Shown here one piece after another: positions 1 to 10,235 of a DNA stretch of 64,000 nucleotides. This DNA comes from Candidatus Bathyarchaeota archaeon. Lineage in GTDB: Archaea; Thermoproteota; Bathyarchaeia; Bathyarchaeales; Bathycorpusculaceae. Where the stretch lies: contig CAVYHV010000014.1 of NCBI GenBank assembly GCA_963768425.1, positions 128,001-192,000 on the forward strand. The letters run 5' to 3'. Each line of letters begins with the position of its first letter. Position 1 is the first letter of the stretch. Under the pieces are notes generated by a model. It saw only the letters and a list, made by a program, of their open reading frames with translations. It was not told the origin of the DNA and searched no databases. Both the position numbers and the translations under genes were made by a program.

Positions 1-17
1 TATGGGTTGGCCTCGTA

Positions 18-938
18 TTGACCACGCCAGCTACTGCATTTCCCAATGGTCTTCCGTTTGCGCTTGCGAACGCTGGAACATTTTTGGCAACGAACGGATG
101 GCGAGTAATGTACGCGATAGGAGGTCTCCTTGCGCTCATAGGCGTATTGCTTAGATTTGGGTTGCCTGAATCGACTCGTTGGCTTATAACGCATGGTCGT
201 CCCAAAGAAGCCGATAGAATTGTTACGGAAATGGAAACACGCGCCTTGGAGTCTATGGAAGAACTTCCGCCCCTACCCGAATCACTTCCAATAGTCCAGA
301 AGCCGCAACCAGTTCCATACAGGGAAATATTCACGAATAAGCTTTACAGAAACAGAACTATCCTTCTCTTCTTCGTGTGGTTCTTCGGCTACATGACTGT
401 CTACATCAACGCTGCTGGGCTGTCAACAATTCTTGCGGGCGCAGGGTTCGCTTTTCCAGAAAACGGAATAGTTGTTGCTTTAGGTATCTTCGGATTCGTC
501 GTTGCAGGAATAATGGCGTTCTTCTTAGGAGACAAAATGGAAAGGAAGCTTTGGCTACCCATCTCCGCAGCCATCACCTTCGTAGGTGGTATACTCATTG
601 CTTTCGGCATCAGCAATTTAGGGCTTGCAGCCATAGGCGCACTGCTCATCTTCATAGGCATGGACTTCTTCGTTCCCATAACCTACACTTGGGTCACAGA
701 AAGCTATCCAACGCGTGCAAGGGCCACTGGATTCGCAATGGCGGACGGACTAGGGCACTTAGGCGGCGGTATAGGACTGATAATCGTCGGGGCACTTTTA
801 TCAATAATGAAATCTGCCTCGGTCGAATCGATACTTGTGCTATTCGTGATAATCGCGATGTTCCAGGTAATATCCGCAATAATAGCGCAATTTGGACCGA
901 AAACAGCCAACAAAAGACTAGACGAGGTTTCACCTTAG
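18..938 (+). CDS. MFS transporter (sugar/aromatic acid porter-like), N-terminus outside window
   Basis: Multiple TM helices; PESxRWL and ESYPTRARATG MFS motifs. Confidence 0.9.
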   Translation: MTTPATAFPNGLPFALANAGTFLATNGWRVMYAIGGLLALIGVLLRFGLPESTRWLITHGRPKEADRIVTEMETRALESMEELPPLPESLPIVQKPQPVPYREIFTNKLYRNRTILLFFVWFFGYMTVYINAAGLSTILAGAGFAFPENGIVVALGIFGFVVAGIMAFFLGDKMERKLWLPISAAITFVGGILIAFGISNLGLAAIGALLIFIGMDFFVPITYTWVTESYPTRARATGFAMADGLGHLGGGIGLIIVGALLSIMKSASVESILVLFVIIAMFQVISAIIAQFGPKTANKRLDEVSP

Positions 939-973
939 AAACGGCTTTCCCCGCAGCAATTTTTTTCTTTTTT

Positions 974-1681
974 TTAGTTTAATTTGAAGTAGATGCGTCT
1001 GTTACTTTTTCCTTTATTCTCAGTTTTCAAAAGCTCGACTTGCCCAACTTCCCGCAGGTTCTTGACATGAGTCCCTCCGTCCGCTTGTTTGTCAACGCCG
1101 ACGATTTCGACGATTCTCAGTGACGGCAGTTCAGGTGGGAACGCTCCAGCCATCTTTATAACGCCGGGAATTTTCATAGCTTCTTCACGGGGCAACTCAT
1201 ACCATTTCACGGCAACGTCGGTGCCAAAAAACCTGTTAGCCTTCGCGAAGTACGTTTCTAAGACTTGGCGGTCGAACGTTTCCAGATTGAAGTCGAATCT
1301 AATGTGGTCCAATTCAAGCTGGTTGCCCGTGATAAGAGCGCCCGTGCCCTGATTAAGCAGTGAAGCGACAACGTGGGCTGCTGTGTGACTGCGCATTAGT
1401 TTGTACCTCCGCTCCCAATCCAGTACTAGATGGACCTTATCACCTACTTGGAGCCCCTGACGGTCAACTTCATGTGAAATTTCGCCCGAAAACTTACCTA
1501 CATAAATCACGCTGTAAACTTCGGAGCCTTTGATTATTTTGCCTGTGTCGTTTGGTTGTCCTCCGCCTTTAGCGTAAAAGATTGTTTGGTCTAAAACAAC
1601 GAATTTTCCCTCATTAACCGCAACCACTTGCGCATCGGATTCTTTGAGGTAACTGTCAATCAAGAATAATGCTTTAGTCAT
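974..1681 (-). CDS. alaX: Alanyl-tRNA editing protein AlaX-M
   Basis: FYAKGGGQPND, HTAAH and DGGTH editing motifs, 235 aa. Confidence 0.95.
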   Translation of the reverse strand: MTKALFLIDSYLKESDAQVVAVNEGKFVVLDQTIFYAKGGGQPNDTGKIIKGSEVYSVIYVGKFSGEISHEVDRQGLQVGDKVHLVLDWERRYKLMRSHTAAHVVASLLNQGTGALITGNQLELDHIRFDFNLETFDRQVLETYFAKANRFFGTDVAVKWYELPREEAMKIPGVIKMAGAFPPELPSLRIVEIVGVDKQADGGTHVKNLREVGQVELLKTENKGKSNRRIYFKLN

Positions 1682-1782
1682 ATCCTTGTCGCCGTTAAGC
1701 GTCTATGCGCTGAAAAGCATATCAATTTTGCGCAGTTAAAAGAAAAAGCAAAATAGCACTTGCTTAGACAGTAATCTGTTGA

Positions 1783-3048
1783 TTGTTAATGCAGTTGGCG
1801 AAGTCTAGAAAAGCCCTCACTGACCCATACTTCTTGATTCTGTGCGTCATGGGAGCCTTCGCCATCTTAAGCTCCACCATGTCAAAAGACCCAGTTCTAC
1901 CCTTTTTCGTCTCAAAACTCAACACTCCCGCTGACCTTACCGGGTTCATCGCTGCCGCCTCCACTATCCCGGGAATCTTGGTCAGTTTGCCAGCCGCTTC
2001 ATTATCAGATCATTTTGGCCGAAGAAGATTTGTCCTACTTGCAACCTTCATCTTCGCCTCGGCGCCTTTCCTGTACTTGCTGGTTACGGCTTGGTGGCAA
2101 CTTGCACTCGTCAGGTTTTACCATGGCTTTGCAACCGCGATTTTTGTACCTGTTGCTGAAGCAACGATTGCAGAGCAGTTCCCAGCGAAAAAAGGCGAAC
2201 GTATTTCCGATTTCAACGCTGCAACATATGTTGGGAGAGGACTTGCACCCGCTTTGGGCGGTTACATATTGCTTTTGACAAATCAAGGCTTATCAACTCC
2301 GAGTAACTTTGCAACGTTATACGTAGCTGTCGGCGTCTCAGGCATAGTTGCGTTTGCAATTGCGCTACTTTTGCTTAGGGAGACAAAACCCATGCTCGCA
2401 GACGCTCCGAAGGCGCAGTTTTCAACCAGGAGCCTGTTGAGGGGTTGGCTTGAGGTTGCAACTAATAAGGGCACTTTGGTCGTTACGTTTGTTCAGTCAG
2501 TGCAGTATTACGTTTTCGGTGTCGTGGAATTCTATTTGGTGTTGTACATGCAGAAGGTTGCGGGTCTTAACTCGTTTGAAATAGGCATCGTCATGACTGT
2601 GCAAATCGTTTCTTTGATAGTGTCTAGACCTCTAATGGGACGTTTCTCCGATAGAACCAGCCGACGCATACCCGTCGTCATAGGCTGCCTCTTAAGCGGG
2701 GCGCTTCTGCTCATAATTCCATTTATCACGCAATACTGGGTATTCATTCTGATTTCCATTGGCTACGGCTTAGGCTTTGCCATGGTGGTTTCGTCAACTT
2801 CACCAATCATGGTTGAGGTCAACAGAGACTGCCTCATAGGCACTTCAATGGGTTTCTTGAGCACCATGATGGACATAGGACAAGCTATCGGACCCATAAT
2901 AAGCGGCGTAATCCTAGCGTCAATTCTCAGCTACACCGGCCTCTTTTCATCTTTGACGTTACTGCTTGCCGCGTCGGCTGTAGTCTTTTTTGTGTCAGGC
3001 GTAGCCAAAACAAGAGAAAAGAAAGAAAAAGCTGCCGAAAAACATTGA
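1783..3048 (+). CDS. MFS transporter (12 TM)
   Basis: SDHFGRRR and GRFSDRTSRR motif-A loops. Confidence 0.9.
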   Translation: MLMQLAKSRKALTDPYFLILCVMGAFAILSSTMSKDPVLPFFVSKLNTPADLTGFIAAASTIPGILVSLPAASLSDHFGRRRFVLLATFIFASAPFLYLLVTAWWQLALVRFYHGFATAIFVPVAEATIAEQFPAKKGERISDFNAATYVGRGLAPALGGYILLLTNQGLSTPSNFATLYVAVGVSGIVAFAIALLLLRETKPMLADAPKAQFSTRSLLRGWLEVATNKGTLVVTFVQSVQYYVFGVVEFYLVLYMQKVAGLNSFEIGIVMTVQIVSLIVSRPLMGRFSDRTSRRIPVVIGCLLSGALLLIIPFITQYWVFILISIGYGLGFAMVVSSTSPIMVEVNRDCLIGTSMGFLSTMMDIGQAIGPIISGVILASILSYTGLFSSLTLLLAASAVVFFVSGVAKTREKKEKAAEKH

Positions 3049-3062
3049 AAAACGTTTTCCAA

Positions 3063-3479
3063 TTAGGCTTTAGCTTTTTTACCGCCAAAATATTCTTTGA
3101 GCGGATTCCAATACCATTCTATCCAGCCGTCGGCAGCGTCATCTGCTATTTCTTCCGGAAAATCCGTTTGAACCATGACAAGCTCCGTTCCCTCAGGTAC
3201 CTTGTTAAAACACAGCTCCAGCCGTGAAGGGCCGTAGCCTTCTGGAAAATCAGTCGATGTCCACTCTTGAACTACCCGTTTTCCATCCTCAAGCTCAAGG
3301 TATTTTCCAGAAATATACCCGTCCCAAGCTGTAAATTTGCCTCCGACTGCTGCTTTGCCAGTGGCTTTGCTTCCTGTAAATTTGCTGTGTTTTTTCGGGT
3401 CAACATATGCATCGTAAACTTCTTTGGGAGATGCTGGAATTACCGCTTTTTGTTTTAGAGTTCTGACTTTTGTTTTCAT
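3063..3479 (-). CDS. SRPBCC/AHSA1-like protein
   Basis: ASPKEVYDAY..GGKFTAWDG..RVVQEW..GWIEWYW; probable start MKTKV at 3479. Confidence 0.85.
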   Translation of the reverse strand: MKTKVRTLKQKAVIPASPKEVYDAYVDPKKHSKFTGSKATGKAAVGGKFTAWDGYISGKYLELEDGKRVVQEWTSTDFPEGYGPSRLELCFNKVPEGTELVMVQTDFPEEIADDAADGWIEWYWNPLKEYFGGKKAKA

Positions 3480-3550
3480 AAAAAGCTCACCATAAAATCT
3501 AATGTGGAAGGGTTTTTTAACTTTAACTGTTAACTTACAATTGACCAAAA

Positions 3551-3772
3551 ATGGGAAGATGCACGGTAACGAAAGGTCAACGAAGAATCGGTAGAACCAT
3601 TCGGAAGCTTGAGGGAAGCGTGGAGCTCAGCGACAAAGAAAGTAAAGCCAAAGTAGCAGAGAAAAGCTATAGGCAAAAAACCCAAGCCGCTTCAGGGTAT
3701 ACGGATGATTCGCCCATTCAGAATTTGCGTGACCCAGCTAAATGGGAAAAGACAGATAAAAAGCAGCAGTGA
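3551..3772 (+). CDS. Small basic hydrophilic protein
   Basis: 73-aa ATG ORF, K/R/E-rich, fills intergenic gap. Confidence 0.55.
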   Translation: MGRCTVTKGQRRIGRTIRKLEGSVELSDKESKAKVAEKSYRQKTQAASGYTDDSPIQNLRDPAKWEKTDKKQQ

Positions 3773-3785
3773 AAAAATATTTTGT

Positions 3786-3931
3786 CAAAAAGAACGAATT
3801 GCCCAGCGAACCGAACGTTCAACAAGAGGTAGGTAAGATCGGGAATCCGTCTCTCTGGGGTTAATGGGGCATCTTGTTAAACGCCGATTCGCTGAAGCTT
3901 TGCTCTCTGATCGCTATGTGCTATTCTCGGC
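3786..3931 (-). ncRNA. Candidate structured ncRNA (long rod-like hairpin)
   Basis: Minus-strand stems CAGCGAAUCG/CGGUUCGCUG and CGUUUAACAAGA/UCUUGUUGAACG with G-U pairs; U-tract after; AT-rich box near 3955-3962. Confidence 0.45.
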
Positions 3932-4029
3932 AAAAAAACAATCACTTTTGATCTCTTATTAGTTTCACAAATAATCTATAGAAAATCTATAGCAGGCATT
4001 TAGGATGTCTTAAGTTTTTTAAGGCGGAA

Positions 4030-4413
4030 ATGTCTAGTTTTATTTGTGATTTTATGTCTGCTTCTTTGAATGTTGATAATAACTGGAACTTTAGGGTCTT
4101 TGATAAGCGGTTGATTGTTGTAAAAACCAAGAATGAACGCATTCGCAAAGCTGCTATTTTGGACGTTTTAACAAACGTGATGTTCGCCGTTGAAGTGCCA
4201 GATATTATTTCTATGGGGGAACTCGCAGTAGAAAAGGAGTATTCGGCTAACCTCAGAGTCTACACCGCGAAAAACATTGAAGGCGTCGACATGGACTTTG
4301 TTGATTTTTTTGAAGTTGTAGACGTAGACCAAGACATTGAAGACTTCATAAAAGCGTACTGGATTTACCCAAGCAAAATCCGTTTTGAACTAATCGATCT
4401 TGAAGAACCCTAA
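4030..4413 (+). CDS. Hypothetical protein
   Basis: 127-aa ORF with protein-like composition, acidic C-terminus. Confidence 0.7.
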   Translation: MSSFICDFMSASLNVDNNWNFRVFDKRLIVVKTKNERIRKAAILDVLTNVMFAVEVPDIISMGELAVEKEYSANLRVYTAKNIEGVDMDFVDFFEVVDVDQDIEDFIKAYWIYPSKIRFELIDLEEP

Positions 4414-4824
4414 ATTAACAAGCAAATTGTTAAGACACAACATGTTTACTTCAGAATATTTAGGCTAATCACCATCAGACCGCATGCAAAGCTCTTGTGA
4501 GTATTGAATAATACATTTCACTTATTTGCAACTTAACTGAGATGGGGCTAAAGGAAACACGATTAATTCAACCGTTTCAGTGTCAGTTTTTTCCGTTGGC
4601 TTTTTCTTTTGCTGCAAATTTTCTTCCAAATATCTAGTTTGGTAATTTAGTAAATTACACATGATTGTTATTTTGAAATTTTACCTATTAGGTTTTATGA
4701 ATTGGTGATCCATAAAAGATGTACCGTTGACATCTCCGCAGCGCTGATTCAAATCAACCCTTTGCGTCCCAATTTTTTTGTGGATTCCTAAAAGAACTTA
4801 AAATTAAGTCAAAACAAACCTAAA

Positions 4825-5730
4825 TTAACGTAGAACCATGTTCACAAATTTTTCAGGGTTAAACAGTTCCAGATCCTTATATGTTTGACCAACTCCGATA
4901 AAGAGAATCGGCTTTTGAGTCACATAGGTCACGCTGAGAGCTGAACCTCCTTTCACGTCAGCATCAACTTTCGTCAAAATTGTCGCATCTATGGCGACAG
5001 CTTTGTTGAATTCTTCTGCCTGCATAACCGCATCGTTGCCAATCAGCGAATCCACCGTTAAAACCGTCAGGTCAGGGCATACGACTCGTTTCACCTTGAT
5101 CAGCTCATTCATCAGGTTCTGGTTAGTTTGCATCCTGCCCGCCGTGTCAATCAAAACAATGTTGATTCCGTGAGCCTTCGCGTGGTTAACAGCGTCGTAG
5201 GCAACTGCCGCCGGGTCACCTCCATAGTTACTTTTGATAACACGTAAGCCCAAACGTTTCGCATGCTCTTCCAACTGCTCGATTGAGCCAGCCCGGTAGG
5301 TGTCTGCGCCAGCAAGCACCACAGAATAGCGTTTATCGGTAAAAAATTGGGCTACCTTGGCTATAGTTGTAGTTTTTCCCGTGCCGTTGATGCCGACAAA
5401 CATTAAGATAAAGGGCTCTTTATTCTTCCGCTTTTCCTCAGCTAACTTTAGCAAATCAACTTTTACGTTCGTTAACATGACTTCTAAAAGGACTTGACGA
5501 AGGTTTTCCTCAACGATTTTCTTGCGATCATCCAACCTCTTAACTTGGACGCCGACAAGGCGCTTTTCAAGGTCTTCGCTGATTTTGTCTGCCACTGGAA
5601 AAGCAACGTCATTCTGGCAAAGGCTCATTTTGAAATCTGATAAAATAGGATTCAGGTTTTCGTGTTTAAACTCGGTTGTAGTAACCTTACTTACTAAGCC
5701 TTTAAAACCCGACTTGAGCTTCTCAAACAT
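4825..5730 (-). CDS. ftsY: SRP receptor FtsY
   Basis: GINGTGKTTT, DTYRAG, DTAGR, TKVD, GG motifs; start MFEKLK. Confidence 0.97.
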   Translation of the reverse strand: MFEKLKSGFKGLVSKVTTTEFKHENLNPILSDFKMSLCQNDVAFPVADKISEDLEKRLVGVQVKRLDDRKKIVEENLRQVLLEVMLTNVKVDLLKLAEEKRKNKEPFILMFVGINGTGKTTTIAKVAQFFTDKRYSVVLAGADTYRAGSIEQLEEHAKRLGLRVIKSNYGGDPAAVAYDAVNHAKAHGINIVLIDTAGRMQTNQNLMNELIKVKRVVCPDLTVLTVDSLIGNDAVMQAEEFNKAVAIDATILTKVDADVKGGSALSVTYVTQKPILFIGVGQTYKDLELFNPEKFVNMVLR

Positions 5731-5734
5731 CGCT

Positions 5735-6175
5735 TCAAGGTTTCCCTTCTCTAGCTGATGAAAGCATATTTTCAAGCCTGCTTCTACCCGTGTTTATCCG
5801 TTCAGCCACCTGACTGAACTGTTGCTGGGCTGCATTCATGGTTTTTTCCAGTTCATCAAGCCGTTGTTTAAGGGTTACTTTTGCTTCAGCCAACGTTTTT
5901 TCAATCGAAACTCCGGCACCCATTCCCACGATAACTGTGTTTGTGTCGGCAAGTTTTGCTTTTACGTATGCGCTTCCTCCGATGGGAACCAGGAGTTCAG
6001 TGTTTTCTTTTTCTTTTTCTATTCCGTCTAACGTCATGTTTGCGTATGTCAGGTCTGAGATGGCGGCGTTTACCATGCTTATGCGTTGCTGCAGGGTTTC
6101 CGCAGTTTGCTCAAGATATCGCATTTCGACGCTGAGGCGTCTTAATTCTTCTTCCGATTTGTCTTGTTGCGCCAA
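5735..6175 (-). CDS. pfdA: Prefoldin alpha subunit
   Basis: Coiled coils flanking LVPIGG..VIVGMGAGVSIEK; canonical position before ftsY. Confidence 0.97.
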   Translation of the reverse strand: MAQQDKSEEELRRLSVEMRYLEQTAETLQQRISMVNAAISDLTYANMTLDGIEKEKENTELLVPIGGSAYVKAKLADTNTVIVGMGAGVSIEKTLAEAKVTLKQRLDELEKTMNAAQQQFSQVAERINTGRSRLENMLSSAREGKP

Positions 6176-6189
6176 ATCCTTATTCCTCC

Positions 6190-6417
6190 TTACATTTCCG
6201 TGACTATTTTTTTCAGAATTGGATTTTCAATCTGGTCGGCTGTGATTTCTTGGACATCATTAATTGTAATGTGGCATCTTTTAACGCGGTGTCTGCTGCC
6301 TATTTCGGCGTAAACCTTCTCCACTGCATGCTCGCTCTTGTCAGCCAACAGTTCTCTCACGAACGGAGTCTTCAAATTCGGCTTGCTGATTTGGCCGCTA
6401 ACTTTGAAAGCTTTCAT
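6190..6417 (-). CDS. rpl18a: 50S ribosomal protein L18Ae/LX (eL20)
   Basis: EHAVEKVYAEIGSRHRVKR motif; operon context. Confidence 0.95.
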   Translation of the reverse strand: MKAFKVSGQISKPNLKTPFVRELLADKSEHAVEKVYAEIGSRHRVKRCHITINDVQEITADQIENPILKKIVTEM

Positions 6418-6730
6418 TTTTCATCTTTCCGCACAACAACCACAGCGTTCCCAATAATAAACATATTCACCGAAAAACATGTCTAAACTGTACAAACTAC
6501 GCAGGGCCGCAAAAGCAGTTGAAACCAAAGATTATCAGACGCTTTTTGTGAAGGACCTTCCAAACTTATCGCGTAAGCGGAAGTCTGTAAGAAGAAGACA
6601 CTGGGAGATTATTCATAGTCGACAAACCCACTTTCAACGAGATTTTCCTGAATTTTTGGGGATAAACTTAGCGTTGGCTGGATCTGCGTTTTTAAAAAAT
6701 GATTTTTTTGGGATAAAAAGACTGGGATTT

Positions 6731-7399
6731 TTACAAAGTGCCTAAAGCATGCTCGATAATGAACATTTCAGGCCCAGTTGTCATGGATCCAGCGACCGAT
6801 GCATAAGAGTTAGCAATCAAGCCGGTTCCGACATATGGGACACCACAGTTAATTGTACCTACGTCAACGGGAACTTTGAAAACAGTCTCCAGGATTTTTC
6901 TTTCCTCATCCTTCAGCAGCGGGTGAGCAAGCACTCCCTTGTTGGTTGCCACAGCCAACGAGCCAACATATGGCAATGCAGCTATTTCCGTCGGCACCAC
7001 TTCGACGCCGAGGGTTTCGCTGATTTTCTTGATTTCAGCCTCTTTGAAACGCGGGTCGCAGACAGCGCCTTTGTCATTGGCTAAGACCAGGTTGCCGTAA
7101 GCGGTCTTCTTGGTTTCCATGATCGTGATTTTTCCTTCGTAAGCTGCTTTGATCTCTACGAGTTCCTCCTCGCGCATATAATTTGGCAGTAGCATGCCAT
7201 TGGAGTTTGCACAAATCAAAGCCCCTGCCAGAACCGACCCGCCTACTGCTGTGTAAACAAGCTTAGCGTTAAGCCAATCGGCGATTTCTTGGGCTTTTTC
7301 TTTCGGCACCATGCGCGGAATCATCACTATGTTCTCGGTTGCCATCGAATAGACGCCGATGCTTGGGCTTCCGACTATGCTGGATAAGTAAACAGTCAA
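6731..7399 (-). CDS. eif6: Translation initiation factor 6 (aIF6)
   Basis: GNLVLAND, ATNKGVLAHP, GTINCGVPYVG, TTGPE. Confidence 0.97.
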   Translation of the reverse strand: MTVYLSSIVGSPSIGVYSMATENIVMIPRMVPKEKAQEIADWLNAKLVYTAVGGSVLAGALICANSNGMLLPNYMREEELVEIKAAYEGKITIMETKKTAYGNLVLANDKGAVCDPRFKEAEIKKISETLGVEVVPTEIAALPYVGSLAVATNKGVLAHPLLKDEERKILETVFKVPVDVGTINCGVPYVGTGLIANSYASVAGSMTTGPEMFIIEHALGTL

Positions 7400-7521
7400 G
7401 AACTAATTTCTCCTTGGAAGACTCACAGTGTCGATGTTTCATGCAAACACCCTATTTTAGATTGCGGTGACATCAACATTTTCTGAAAGAAATAGATAAA
7501 AAAAGAAGAAATTGGGGAAAT

Positions 7522-9156
7522 TTATTTCATGATTGCGTCGAGATCTTCGTCAGGTGTCTTTATCGGCATTATGTTGAATTTTTCAACCAACACATTGAGT
7601 ATGCCTGGGGTTATGAATGCAGGCAGACTTGGTCCGATACGGATGTCTTTAATGCCGAGATACAGTAGCGACAGCAAAATGGCTACAGCTTTCTGTTCAT
7701 ACCATGACAGCACCAGCGAAAGCGGCAATTGGTTGATTGACACTCCAAATGCATCTGCCAACGCTTGCGCTATTTTAACGGCTGAGTAAGCGTCGTTGCA
7801 TTGTCCAATATCCAGCAGCCGCGGGATTTCGTCAATTGCGCCGAGATCTTTGTCGAAGAAACGGAATTTGCCACATGCCAACGTTAGTATGACGGTGTTT
7901 TTAGGTGCTTTCTCTACGAATTCGGTGTAGTAGCTTCTGCCTGGTTTTGCTCCATCGCATCCCCCGACCAAAATGAAGCGTTTGATGTGTCCACTCTTAA
8001 CTGACGCTATCACTTTGTCTGCTACGCTTAGCACCGCGTTTCTGCCGAACCCGACCAGAACCGTTTTGCCCTCAGCATCATCTGAAAACCCTGGGAGTTC
8101 GAGGGCTTTTTGGATTACAACTGAGAAGTCTCTGCCGCTGATATGCAGGACGCCAGGGTAACCGACTGGTCCCGAAGTGAAGATGTTACCTTTGTAACTG
8201 TCCACGGGGCGCTGGATACAGTTGGTCGTCATCAATATGGCGCCTGGAAAAGCGGCGAACTCTTTCTGCTGATTCTGCCATGCTGTCCCATAGTGACCAT
8301 AGAAATGCGCGTATTTTTTCAATCCGGGGTAGCCGTGAGTGGGCAGCATTTCGCCATGAGTGTAAACGCTTATCCCTTTACCTTCGCTTTGCTTGAGAAT
8401 CGCCTCTAAATCGATGAGGTCATGTCCCGAGACAAGAATTGCTTTGCCTTTTTTGTGTCCCAACGGCACCTTTGTAGGTGTGGGGTGCCCGTAAGTTTCG
8501 GTGTTTCCCGCGTCCAGCAACTCCATTGCGCGGACGTTGATTTCTCCGCATTTGAAAACCAAAGTTACAAAATCGTTGACTCCTAGTGCCATATCAAGGG
8601 GTGCGGCAAGTCCTTGGTTGATGAAATCGAAGACTTTATCGTCTTTTTTGCCGAGAAGCGCAGCGTGAAAAGTGTAGGCGGCAACTCCTTTTAGCCCATA
8701 GGTGAGCAGCCACTGAAGCGAGTGAAGGTCAGCGTTGACGACGGGGTCGGAATTTATTCCATATTTTTTGCCCTGCAAAATTAAGCCGGCAGTGGTTTTC
8801 TCAAGTGCCAGGTTGAATTTGGAGTTGACTACGCCTTTTATCGCGTAAAGTCTGCTTCGTAGTTGTTCTTCACGCTGGGCGGTTTTTCTGATGTAAGCGG
8901 CAATGGCTTCTGGGTCGAAGTTTACGTTTGTGAGGGTGGCGAAGAGGGCTTCGCAGGTGAAGAGGTCAGTTTCCGCGTCCCTTACTCCTGCAGCTTTGGC
9001 TTCGGTTGAAAGTTGCCCCAGCCCGCGGAGCATGTAGACAAGCAGGTCTTGAAGTGCAGCCACGTCGGATGTTTTTCCGCAGACGCCGGCAACCGTGCAG
9101 CCTTGCCCTTTGGCTGTTTGTTCACATTGATAACAGAACATTTGATTTTGACTCAT
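7522..9156 (-). CDS. hcp: Hybrid cluster protein (hydroxylamine reductase)
   Basis: MFCYQCEQT..GCT..GVCGK, SGHDL, THGEMLP, GGCDG, GQCND, WYEQKA. Confidence 0.97.
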   Translation of the reverse strand: MSQNQMFCYQCEQTAKGQGCTVAGVCGKTSDVAALQDLLVYMLRGLGQLSTEAKAAGVRDAETDLFTCEALFATLTNVNFDPEAIAAYIRKTAQREEQLRSRLYAIKGVVNSKFNLALEKTTAGLILQGKKYGINSDPVVNADLHSLQWLLTYGLKGVAAYTFHAALLGKKDDKVFDFINQGLAAPLDMALGVNDFVTLVFKCGEINVRAMELLDAGNTETYGHPTPTKVPLGHKKGKAILVSGHDLIDLEAILKQSEGKGISVYTHGEMLPTHGYPGLKKYAHFYGHYGTAWQNQQKEFAAFPGAILMTTNCIQRPVDSYKGNIFTSGPVGYPGVLHISGRDFSVVIQKALELPGFSDDAEGKTVLVGFGRNAVLSVADKVIASVKSGHIKRFILVGGCDGAKPGRSYYTEFVEKAPKNTVILTLACGKFRFFDKDLGAIDEIPRLLDIGQCNDAYSAVKIAQALADAFGVSINQLPLSLVLSWYEQKAVAILLSLLYLGIKDIRIGPSLPAFITPGILNVLVEKFNIMPIKTPDEDLDAIMK

Positions 9157-9221
9157 ATTTTTTCCCTGCCAACATAGGGGCGGCATCCCATTTAGTCATT
9201 GTCCCGAATATTTTAGGGATT

Positions 9222-10175
9222 TCAAAACTTAGTAAAATCCACACCCAGCCGCTTCGACAATTTAGGCAAATCATTCAAAACGTAAACGAAGGCGTAACCC
9301 ATCCAGCCATCCCACCGCTTCTCCGCAATCTCCCTCAAAGCTGGGATAGCCTCCCTCGGGTCAACGGGTTTTTCGCCGTTGAAAAGGACGCTAAAGATTT
9401 TTGCGCTCCAAACATCCAGCGGAAAACCCATCCGCGGCATCACAAGCTCCGCCGAGTAATCGCCGATTCCCTTTAGGGTACGAAGCTTCTTCTTTGCTTC
9501 TTCAGGAGCCATAACCCACAAGTCATCCATGCTGGGAAAACCTTGGTTCAACGCCTCCGCAATCGCTTTGAGGTTTTTAGCTCTGTACCCAAGTTTAGCC
9601 GTCGCCATCAGCTTCTCAACCGACGCCTTCGCGATCGTTTCGGTTAAAGGCCAGTAACGCATAGTTTTTCCGTCAAAACTGGCTTTGTCGCCGAATTCTG
9701 CAATGAGTAAATCCATCATTTGATTACTCCTTTTTATTGGAGCCATCTGAAGAGTAAGGGCTAGAATCAATGCTGGAAACAGCTCAGGCCAACCCACCGT
9801 GTGCATCCCGAACAAGTCCTTGACTACGTCCCGCAGGATGTTGTCTTTATTGCTGAGTTTGTAGAATTCCTTCAAGTCTTCTTCGGTTTTCAAGGCTCGT
9901 CTCAGCATACGGGTCACGATCTGTTTTTTGGAGGCGTCAAAGGCATCTTTGGAATAAATTGTGCATTGGATTTTGGGTTTCTGCACTGTTCCCGTGGACC
10001 ACAATTTTAGACCCAAAAGTTCGCCAGAGAATCGAGTGACTGTCCAGCAGGTTCCTGCCTCGTATACTTCGTCGGGTGTAGACCACCACCAACCAGCTGG
10101 CTTACGCAAAGTAAGGTCAAAACTGTAGGGTGGAACTGGTTCGAACTCGTCAGAGAATGCTTCCTTCAAATTCAA
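9222..10175 (-). CDS. HhH-GPD DNA glycosylase (AlkA/Ogg1-like)
   Basis: LGYRA, LKGIGDYSAE helix-hairpin-helix, FPLDVW. Confidence 0.85.
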   Translation of the reverse strand: MNLKEAFSDEFEPVPPYSFDLTLRKPAGWWWSTPDEVYEAGTCWTVTRFSGELLGLKLWSTGTVQKPKIQCTIYSKDAFDASKKQIVTRMLRRALKTEEDLKEFYKLSNKDNILRDVVKDLFGMHTVGWPELFPALILALTLQMAPIKRSNQMMDLLIAEFGDKASFDGKTMRYWPLTETIAKASVEKLMATAKLGYRAKNLKAIAEALNQGFPSMDDLWVMAPEEAKKKLRTLKGIGDYSAELVMPRMGFPLDVWSAKIFSVLFNGEKPVDPREAIPALREIAEKRWDGWMGYAFVYVLNDLPKLSKRLGVDFTKF

Positions 10176-10235
10176 AAAGAAACCCTAAGTATTCAAGAGT
10201 ATGCTCAGATAAAAAAAGATTACACAAAAAAAGAG

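Noticed and set aside
377-982. Overlapping and antisense ORFs from the track (also 9006-9476, 37123-37566, 43407-43925, 49300-49788, 57753-58064 and others)
   Set aside because: Shadows of well-supported genes, with no motifs
3522-3545. Possible copy of the 24-bp element (central TGTTAA CTTACA)
   Set aside because: Outer hexamers and TATA spacing do not fit
6479-6745. 88-aa antisense ORF between eif6 and rpl18a
   Set aside because: No recognisable motif and it overlaps the eif6 end; left uncalled
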